DNA of 64,000 nucleotides from Clostridiales bacterium (GTDB lineage Bacteria; Bacillota; Clostridia; Oscillospirales; CAG-272), in the NCBI GenBank assembly GCA_003150035.1, contig QALR01000013.1, positions 12,690-76,689 on the forward strand. Direction: 5' to 3'. The notes below the pieces were generated by a model. The model made no database searches. It saw only the letters and a list, made by a program, of their open reading frames with translations, and was not told the origin of the DNA. Below are positions 57,607 to 64,000 of the stretch, one piece after another (positions within the stretch are counted from its first letter, which is position 1; every line of letters begins with the position of its first letter). Made by a program: the position numbers and the translations under genes.

Positions 57607-58358
57607 GAAAGCATATGGTAAATAGGAAAGAAACCAATCTCGACGGTGTCAAGGCAATGGCACGAACACTGCTTTACACCGACATCAATAAAACAGCCTA
57701 TTCGCCCATAGTCGTTCAGCATCCCTTCACCAACACAGGTATCACTATGGTGATGAGAAACGGCGAACCGCAATGCATTGACATTACAGCAGACAGCAAT
57801 GCTCTGCATGAATGGCGCAAGATGGTTTGTCAGCAGATCGATTCCTCCAAGAGCGCGTTTGAAATCTATATGATGACGAACAAGCCTTACGGAATGACGT
57901 TCCTCAAATACGCAGCTCATCACCTGTCCAAGAAGGATTTCTCACAGATCCTTGCGGATGCATGGATACGTTCAGAGAATCCGAATGACGATCCCAACCT
58001 GCCTCAAGCCAAGCTCCTATCGTTGTTTCAATCGGCAGAGCCACGGCATCTGATGTCCCAAGACGAACTGAATACGCTGAATGATCTTGACTCCACGGTA
58101 ACCGTTTATCGTGGCGTTACTTCATTTAACGCTAAAAACGTTAAGGCTCTCTCGTGGACATTGGACAGAAGCGTTGCCGAGTGGTTCGCAACACGGTTCG
58201 ATGAAGACGGCACGGTGTATCAGGCTCGGATCGATAAACCGCACATTTATGCCTATTTCGATGGCAGAAACGAGTCCGAAGTTATTGTGGATCCGAAATA
58301 TCTGATGGATATCACGGAATCCGAATCGATGGATAACTCCTTCGATATCACTATGTAA
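57603..58358 (+). CDS. island protein with C-terminal R-S-E ADP-ribosyltransferase-like motifs (candidate); start at GTG 57603 or ATG 57615
   Basis: VYRG ... LSWTLDRSVAEWFA ... NESEVIV occur in the order expected for YRG / STS / ExE motifs. Confidence 0.35.
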   Translation: MRKHMVNRKETNLDGVKAMARTLLYTDINKTAYSPIVVQHPFTNTGITMVMRNGEPQCIDITADSNALHEWRKMVCQQIDSSKSAFEIYMMTNKPYGMTFLKYAAHHLSKKDFSQILADAWIRSENPNDDPNLPQAKLLSLFQSAEPRHLMSQDELNTLNDLDSTVTVYRGVTSFNAKNVKALSWTLDRSVAEWFATRFDEDGTVYQARIDKPHIYAYFDGRNESEVIVDPKYLMDITESESMDNSFDITM

Positions 58359-58375
58359 GAAAGGAGATCAAGCTA

Positions 58376-58789
58376 TTGACCTTTTTTGAAAAAGAGCTTC
58401 ACAGGCTCTTTGACGATTCTGAATGTATTTCGGCTGATGCGGTTTTCGCTGGGAAGACAATGATTGCTCCTATCGGTGAAGATTTAAGAGCCAAGGTACA
58501 ATTCGTCTACACGAATACCCACGCAAAGTATGATGCCTTGCGGCTGACCATCATCAACCGCCACGAAGGTACGGTGGATAGCGAAACCTTCAAGTTCAAG
58601 GATATCATCGGTATGAAGGGCGGCCGTGAACCCCATATATGGGAAGACGGCCAAAGGGTTGACTGGTATATCTATCATCCAACCGCATCCGATTACAACT
58701 TCATTACCGATGTTGTTGAGGACTATATCTCCATGTACGCCGACCAAGCATATCGCTTTGACGGTGGAATGGCCATGGGAGGCATGTAA
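58376..58789 (+). CDS. island hypothetical protein, G-M-A-M-G-G-M tail
   Basis: 137 aa. TTG start 8 nt after AAAGGAG. Confidence 0.55.
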   Translation: MTFFEKELHRLFDDSECISADAVFAGKTMIAPIGEDLRAKVQFVYTNTHAKYDALRLTIINRHEGTVDSETFKFKDIIGMKGGREPHIWEDGQRVDWYIYHPTASDYNFITDVVEDYISMYADQAYRFDGGMAMGGM

Positions 58790-59553
58790 TGGAATATTCC
58801 TTCAGCCAATTGAGCAACATCGCCAAGAGCTTGCGAGAACGCTATCCCATAGGCACTCGCATCAAACTCATCAGTATGGGAGATGATCCACGTCCGATTC
58901 CGCCCGGAACCAAAGGCACGGTTGAGGGTATCGATGACATTGCTACCGTCTTCTGCAGGTTCGACAACGGCAGAAGCCTCGGTTTGGCATACGGAGAGGA
59001 TCATTACAGAGCCTTAACGCAAGCCGAGCTTCTCGAAGAAAAGTGCGCACGGAATTACGACAAGTATTACGAGGCCGTCCACCGAGATATCTTTGCGGAT
59101 GTAGACCTTGACCGCTTCGCCGAGGAAATCGAGAATGCGAATGACAACTACACCACCGAGATTTTGGGGCAGCTTCACGATAAGTTCGTCGAGATTTATG
59201 ACACCGACAGTGTCGATGGTCTCGTCGGATTCATCCAAGTACCTGCTATCGTCGAATCCCTTCAGACAGGTGACTACTATCCTGCCCTTGTAACACTCGA
59301 CTTGGACTCCTCCGGAGAACATTGGGGTACGTGCGTTATGACACCGACAGGCGTAATTGACCACGGTGTAACGGAAGAAACCGAAGCAGAAAAAGCCTTC
59401 ATGCAGAATCTTGTGCCGTACCGATACTGGTACACAGTAAATTGCGAGAGCGACATCCATGTGGATATGGCAGAGTGTCCCGAAGATATTTGGGATATCA
59501 TCTCCGCAGCCACAGGACAGACGTTTGAGCAGAACGGAGGTATGAGCCTCTGA
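58789..59553 (+). CDS. island protein with a DUF4314-like N-terminal domain
   Basis: The segment GTRIKLISMGDDPRPIPPGTKGTVEGIDDIATVFCRFDNGRSLGLAYGED matches my recollection of the DUF4314 signature. Confidence 0.5.
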   Translation: MEYSFSQLSNIAKSLRERYPIGTRIKLISMGDDPRPIPPGTKGTVEGIDDIATVFCRFDNGRSLGLAYGEDHYRALTQAELLEEKCARNYDKYYEAVHRDIFADVDLDRFAEEIENANDNYTTEILGQLHDKFVEIYDTDSVDGLVGFIQVPAIVESLQTGDYYPALVTLDLDSSGEHWGTCVMTPTGVIDHGVTEETEAEKAFMQNLVPYRYWYTVNCESDIHVDMAECPEDIWDIISAATGQTFEQNGGMSL

Positions 59554-59570
59554 GTAATCAAATCAAATAT

Positions 59571-60845
59571 TTGGACATGTTCGCCGGCATTGGTGGGTTC
59601 AGATCAGGACTCTCCAAGTTCGGCGATTTTTTTGTCCCCGTAGGATTTTGCGAGATAGATCCCTATGCTCGACGAGCCTACGAAGCAATCTATGACACGA
59701 AAGGAGAACTATTTTTTGAAGACGCAAGAAAGATCGTCCCCGAAGAACTGCCGGATATCGACCTTATTTGCGGCGGATTCCCTTGCCAAAGCTTTTCTAT
59801 TGCTGGAAAGCGAGGGGGCTTTGAAGACGCCAGAGGAACTTTGTTCTTTGAAATCGCTCGGATTGCCCGAGTTAAAAGACCTAAGTATCTGCTCCTTGAA
59901 AACGTTCCCGGACTCCTATCGCATGACAGCGGCAGGACGTTTGCGACCATCCTCAATGCGCTTTCAGAATTGGGGTACAATGTCGCATGGCAGGTGCTTA
60001 ACAGCGCGAATTTTGGAGTACCCCAAGCCCGAAAAAGAGTGTTTCTTATCTGCTATCTTGGAGAAGAATGCCCCGGAGAGATACTATCTTTCACCGACGC
60101 AAATCCAAAAACTATTGTTCAAAAGCTCGGTGGCAGACAAGGCGACCGAGTCTATGACCAAGACGGACTGAGTTGCACTCTGACGAGCAACGGCGGCGGT
60201 TTCGCTGGAAATACAGGTCTCTACTCCGTAGGACAGCTTCCCATCAAATCCTTGACCAAATCGGGCTATCAGATTGCCGAACCCGGCGACAGCATTGATT
60301 TGGCATATCCGAACTTGAACACCCGACGAGGTAGAGTCGGCAAACAGATCGCACACACGATCACGCCGAATATCACGCAGGGTGTTTATTTTATCGATAT
60401 GAACCCCGAACCCAAGATCACCGAGCTTGCCCGTTGCATTACTGCCCGACAGGATGCAGGTATCAGCAACCGTAAGGGTGAGCATTCCGGTGTCTTGGAA
60501 AAGGCAGAAGAAGGACCAAGAGCAGTCCTCACTCCCGATCGAGAAACCATTCGACAGCAAGGCAGACGAATGAAGGATCCCGAAGAACCCATGTTTACGC
60601 TCACCACGCAAGACCTGCACGGTGTAGCAGATAACGACAAGATCCGAAAGCTCATGCCCATTGAGTGCTGGCGATTGCAAGGATTCACGGACGAGCAATT
60701 CCACAAAGCACAATCCGCAGGTCTCTCCGATGCAAGACTCTACAAGATGGCAGGTAATGCGGTAAGCGTACCTGTTATCACTGCCCTCGGTGAGATTATT
60801 AAGCGAGTCCACGAGAACTCGCAGAAGGAGGCCGATAATGGCTAA
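59571..60845 (+). CDS. DNA (cytosine-5)-methyltransferase, orphan (true start probably upstream, e.g. CTG 59550)
   Basis: Motifs FAGIGG (I), GGFPCQSFS (IV), ENV (VI), QARKRV (VIII) and GNAVSVPV (X). Confidence 0.88.
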   Translation: MDMFAGIGGFRSGLSKFGDFFVPVGFCEIDPYARRAYEAIYDTKGELFFEDARKIVPEELPDIDLICGGFPCQSFSIAGKRGGFEDARGTLFFEIARIARVKRPKYLLLENVPGLLSHDSGRTFATILNALSELGYNVAWQVLNSANFGVPQARKRVFLICYLGEECPGEILSFTDANPKTIVQKLGGRQGDRVYDQDGLSCTLTSNGGGFAGNTGLYSVGQLPIKSLTKSGYQIAEPGDSIDLAYPNLNTRRGRVGKQIAHTITPNITQGVYFIDMNPEPKITELARCITARQDAGISNRKGEHSGVLEKAEEGPRAVLTPDRETIRQQGRRMKDPEEPMFTLTTQDLHGVADNDKIRKLMPIECWRLQGFTDEQFHKAQSAGLSDARLYKMAGNAVSVPVITALGEIIKRVHENSQKEADNG

Positions 60846-61647
60846 TAATGTCACAAACAAGTTGAGATTCGATAAATGCTCCAAGGAACGGTGTCGTGAA
60901 ATACTCGAAGCGATTCAGATTGATAGAATCGGCCTTGGTTCAATCGATTTCAACAAAATCATTCCCGAGCCTTATTTTCCGTCAGATCAAGATTGTATCA
61001 ATTGGCGAATCAAGAATTGGGATACAAAATGGGAAGCTTACGGTTACCGTGACGGAATTCAGTATGATGAGGACAAGAATGAAATTAGCTTCCTTACTGC
61101 AAACAGATCGGCAAGAAAAATCATTATTGCACTCTCCCGACAATATCCCGATGTTTTATTCGAACTGCGATACGCTGACGAGAATTTCGGTTACAACGTG
61201 GGAGAAATCAGCATTATGGCAGGTGAAGACTTCGATGGAAGAATCCCGAAGGATAACACCTATGAAGCACAGGAGCTTGCCGCAGATGTAATGGGCAAGA
61301 AACTCGCCTTCGATATCGAATCCGCTTCGGGTTACGTTCGCAAGATCGATGCGAATCTGTACGAATACTGTGAAGGTGTTCACGTCTCGCAATCATTCCA
61401 ATGTGATCAGTCACTCGGACATCCCGTAGTCCTATGCTATGACTTTGACAACAGCAAGGTGTGGCTTGAAATGTATCCTCTGCTTGATGAAGATGACGAT
61501 ATGTATGAAGATATCAAGAACAGCATTCAAGCATGGGGCATCCATCCCTGTGAATCATGGGATGACTTCAACAGCTACGTTCAATGCCTTGGTGAGGATG
61601 CCATGGAAGCAGCCTACTACGATGAAGGGGGGATGACAATGTGCTGA
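60838..61647 (+). CDS. Api92/DUF1281-like ferredoxin-fold protein
   Basis: N-terminus MANNVTNKLRF and FNKIIPEP ... NWDTKWEA motifs. GAAGGAGG lies upstream. Overlaps the C5 methyltransferase gene by 8 nt. Confidence 0.5.
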   Translation: MANNVTNKLRFDKCSKERCREILEAIQIDRIGLGSIDFNKIIPEPYFPSDQDCINWRIKNWDTKWEAYGYRDGIQYDEDKNEISFLTANRSARKIIIALSRQYPDVLFELRYADENFGYNVGEISIMAGEDFDGRIPKDNTYEAQELAADVMGKKLAFDIESASGYVRKIDANLYEYCEGVHVSQSFQCDQSLGHPVVLCYDFDNSKVWLEMYPLLDEDDDMYEDIKNSIQAWGIHPCESWDDFNSYVQCLGEDAMEAAYYDEGGMTMC

Positions 61648-61724
61648 CCTTCTTTATCGGTCTGTTTGTTGGCGGCATCGTGGGAGTAGTCACGATGTGC
61701 CTCTTTCAGATCAACCGCAAATAA
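61641..61724 (+). CDS. candidate 27-aa hydrophobic micro-protein (not in the ORF track)
   Basis: GTG start 8 nt after GGGGGG. Translation MLTFFIGLFVGGIVGVVTMCLFQINRK gives one TM helix with a basic C-terminus. Confidence 0.35.
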   Translation: MLTFFIGLFVGGIVGVVTMCLFQINRK

Positions 61725-61805
61725 CAAATAAACAATAAGGTCGTTTTGCAAAAGAAAAGCAAGACGGCCTTTTCTTTTTGCAATTCGGTCTTGGAAAGGA
61801 TCCGA

Positions 61806-62678
61806 ATGAACAGTTTTATGTCGTGGGTAGGCGGCAAAAAAGCCTTGCGAGATGCAATCGTAACAAGGCTACCAAACTCCTGCGACAGATACGTTGAAGT
61901 GTTCGGCGGTGGCGGTTGGGTGCTCTTTCATAAGACACCCGGCAAATTCGAAGTATACAACGACTTCAACCCCAATCTTGCAAACCTGTACAGGTGTGTG
62001 AGAGATCATCCCGACGAGCTCTGCGAAGAACTCCGATACTCTCTGAACTCAAGGACAGACTTTGAGCATATCCGAGAGGTACTCAAAAGCAAGACCGCTA
62101 TCCCCGACATCAAACGTGCCGCCTACTTCTATCAGATCATCCGAGAAAGCTACGCATCAGGACTCGACTCCTTCGGGGCGCAACCCCACAATATGTGGCG
62201 TAACTTTCCGCTGATCACTGAAGCATCCCGACGCTTGCAAAGCGTTGTGATAGAAAACAAGGACTTCGAAAAGCTCATTTCGCAGTATGACCGTCCCAAC
62301 ACCATCTTCTACCTCGATCCTCCTTACTATGAAACCGAGGACTATTACGAGGATGTAGGCTTCGGACGAGCCGACCACGAAAGGCTTTGCAATGCCTTAA
62401 TGAAGATCAAAGGCAAATTCCTTCTCTCGTACAATGACTGCCCCGAAATTCGGGAGCTGTACTCCAAAGAAGGAATCATGATCGAGTCCACCACACGCAT
62501 CTCGAATATTGCCCAACGGTTTGATGCCGGAAAGCAATATCCCGAATTGCTTATTTCCAACTATGACACCCATGAGGAAGGAATCCTCTCAAGACAACTC
62601 ACACTCTTCGACGATTTCGAAGAATCAGAAAAAATATTAAAGGAGCACAAGATTATATGGAAATCAAATGTAAAATAA
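61806..62678 (+). CDS. D12-class N6-adenine DNA methyltransferase, orphan
   Basis: SWVGGKKAL, FGGGG and DPPYY motifs. The start was set at MNSFMSW. Confidence 0.85.
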   Translation: MNSFMSWVGGKKALRDAIVTRLPNSCDRYVEVFGGGGWVLFHKTPGKFEVYNDFNPNLANLYRCVRDHPDELCEELRYSLNSRTDFEHIREVLKSKTAIPDIKRAAYFYQIIRESYASGLDSFGAQPHNMWRNFPLITEASRRLQSVVIENKDFEKLISQYDRPNTIFYLDPPYYETEDYYEDVGFGRADHERLCNALMKIKGKFLLSYNDCPEIRELYSKEGIMIESTTRISNIAQRFDAGKQYPELLISNYDTHEEGILSRQLTLFDDFEESEKILKEHKIIWKSNVK

Positions 62679-62899
62679 CTTTTTCTCTCCCCAAAGACCT
62701 CATGGAGGCTCTTGACATCAACGATGACACTCCTGTCATCGCTTCCATCTCGGATGGTCGGATCACGGTAGAAATCGTCGATGACGAGGATGAGTACACC
62801 GAGGATGACCTCTACGACGAGGACGATGGCGACTGTGAGGACGGTTGTGAGCATTGCGAATACTTCTGCCCCCACTGTGGCAAGTGTGTTCTCAACTGA
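62657..62899 (+). CDS. AbrB/SpoVT-fold-like protein with a poly-acidic linker and a six-Cys cluster
   Basis: N-terminus ITFSLPKDLMEALDINDDTPVIASISDGRITVEIV, then DDEDEYTEDDLYDEDDGD, then C-x3-C-x2-C-x3-C-x2-C-x2-C. Confidence 0.5.
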   Translation: MEIKCKITFSLPKDLMEALDINDDTPVIASISDGRITVEIVDDEDEYTEDDLYDEDDGDCEDGCEHCEYFCPHCGKCVLN

Positions 62900-62914
62900 C
62901 CAGAGGTGACCGCC

Positions 62915-63196
62915 ATGAACAAGATCTACAGACTCATCGGCAAAGAAGGCCGAACCACCATTCCTTTCGACATTCGTCTCAAGATGCGCATCGGCTACAA
63001 CAGCCTCCTCTCCTATGAGATGAAGGACGAAAACACCATCATCCTCCGCCGTGAGAAGGTCTGCGACCACTGCAGCGACCACGGTGTCAAGGAAGGTTCT
63101 ATCCTTGACGTGGTCAACAGCCTCACCGAAACCGAGCAGAAGGCTCTCCACAGATACCTCTCCATCAAGCTCTCCACGGGCAAGGAGCATCGATAA
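62915..63196 (+). CDS. AbrB/SpoVT-fold DNA-binding protein
   Basis: GRTTIPFDIRLKMRIGYNSLLSYEMKDENTIILR. AGAGGTGA lies upstream. Confidence 0.55.
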   Translation: MNKIYRLIGKEGRTTIPFDIRLKMRIGYNSLLSYEMKDENTIILRREKVCDHCSDHGVKEGSILDVVNSLTETEQKALHRYLSIKLSTGKEHR

Positions 63197-63921
63197 TGCC
63201 TGTACCGTTATATCGCTACTCCTTCCGTGAAGCCAAGGAGCACGACGAAATACAGGAATGGAAGCAGTCCCATGCGGAAAACATCCGCTGCCGAGATGCA
63301 ATCGACAAGATGGTATCGGAACGGTACAGCAACAATATCATGCCGAACAACATCATCAAGGATGCATGTGCCGAGTTTGGTATTGACCGTGTAGGATGGG
63401 TGTTAGCCACAACCGTCAGCGAAAACAGCAACGATGGCAGATACCGACCGGATACCCGTCGTTGGTCGATGCAAGCCTTCTATATTCCCAACGACTCACG
63501 CAATCATGAAATCGAGCTTCGAACTCACCCCGAACTGGTCAACGGCATGGTTGGACAGTACAGAAAATACCTGTCCGAGGAACTCGGAATCCTGTCCAAA
63601 GAAGCATGCCTTCCCAACAGCAACGGTGAGGACTATACCGAAAAGCTTCTCATCTTGCACACAGACGCTCTTGCGGAAGATTACAAGAAAGGCGAATATC
63701 AATACTTTTATGCCAACGGTGGAAACGGTTGCCGTCCCACCTCTCTTGGTCGCAAGATCTTCGGCTTCTTCCTTTCCGATGGCGAGAAAACACAGTTCGT
63801 CCGTGGAGATTTCATCGGCATTGCAGATCCCGAACAGGTTCCCGATTGGGTGAACGAAAACCTTGAAAAATACTTGCACGGACAGGAAAATACAGAAGAC
63901 GGAGGTATGAAACTCGAATGA
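63196..63921 (+). CDS. DUF3849-domain protein
   Basis: The segments YRYSFREAKEHDEIQEWKQSHAENIRCRDAI ... RVGWVLATTV ... THPELVNG fit my recollection of the DUF3849 pattern. Confidence 0.65.
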   Translation: MPVPLYRYSFREAKEHDEIQEWKQSHAENIRCRDAIDKMVSERYSNNIMPNNIIKDACAEFGIDRVGWVLATTVSENSNDGRYRPDTRRWSMQAFYIPNDSRNHEIELRTHPELVNGMVGQYRKYLSEELGILSKEACLPNSNGEDYTEKLLILHTDALAEDYKKGEYQYFYANGGNGCRPTSLGRKIFGFFLSDGEKTQFVRGDFIGIADPEQVPDWVNENLEKYLHGQENTEDGGMKLE

Positions 63922-64000
63922 GAATCAATATCTATCAGATCGATGGTGACAAGGACACCAACAGAGTCAAGTTCGACAGCTATCACCGTACCCTTGAAAA
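63918..64000 (+). CDS. YodL-like domain protein, 3' end outside the window
   Basis: MRINIYQIDGDKDTNRVKFDSY resembles the YodL-domain N-terminus. The ATG overlaps the upstream stop (ATGA). Confidence 0.4.
   Translation, partial: MRINIYQIDGDKDTNRVKFDSYHRTLE

Larger units (their letters stand above)
55160..64000. mobile_element. partial integrative/conjugative-element-like island (accessory/leading-type region); left boundary approximate, right end beyond the window
   Basis: Lower G+C than the flank (43% and 45% on the lines starting at 57001 and 60001). About 15 co-directional coupled ORFs. ICE-associated families DUF3849, YodL-like and DUF4314-like, plus orphan methyltransferases. Position next to a tRNA. 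Confidence 0.65.

Noticed and set aside
62561-63301. 246-aa minus-strand ORF in the island
   Set aside because: It is antisense to three well-supported plus-strand genes. Its Val/Asp/Glu-rich translation mirrors their acidic codons.

Overview
This 64-kb window looks like chromosome from a high-G+C, endospore-forming Firmicute. The gene content is Clostridia-type (yqfC-yqfD, ylbJ-like, sigK, spoIIR, alpha/beta SASP, a DUF3794-LysM protein); the taxon itself is inference.

Layout:
- 1-22.4 kb: mgtE; the conserved yqfC-yqfD-phoH-ybeY-era-recO block with two non-canonical inserts; mutS2; and a rhamnose cluster (rhaB, rhaA, CapA-like lipoprotein, SIS protein, tandem class II aldolase, Prs-like kinase).
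- 22.4-25.0 kb: a sharply AT-rich two-gene restriction-modification islet, made of a D12-class N6-adenine methyltransferase overlapping a 428-aa PD-(D/E)XK nuclease-like protein.
- 25-55 kb: mixed metabolism and transport (EIIC-like permease, pncB, AAE-type transporter, GH78-like, MarR plus a two-gene ABC exporter, YccF, a Cys-rich cupin, GH94 phosphorylase-like, FAD/Rieske oxidoreductase). This stretch also holds sporulation genes, rpmB, trmB, an SPFH protein, a deacetylase and an SLH protein.
- 55.0 kb: tRNA-Gln(UUG) with its own promoter and terminator.
- 55.1-55.8 kb: a non-coding array of degenerate direct repeats flanked by terminator-like hairpins.
- 55.8-64.0 kb (runs off the window): a co-directional, translationally coupled gene train typical of the leading or accessory region of a Firmicute conjugative element. 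It carries orphan C5 and N6 methyltransferases, DUF3849, YodL-like, DUF4314-like and Api92/DUF1281-like proteins, two AbrB-fold proteins, very acidic small proteins, and one protein with ADP-ribosyltransferase-like motifs.

Most unusual signals:
- a recurring 24-nt gene-end cassette that encodes G-M-x-M-G-G-M tails, with a looser GGM tail on other island genes;
- the five-copy TGGACAGATTCGAAC repeat array;
- the island's candidate anti-defence cargo.

No rRNA, CRISPR array, transposase, integrase, relaxase or T4SS gene is visible in the window. All family assignments come from motif recognition by eye, with no database search.
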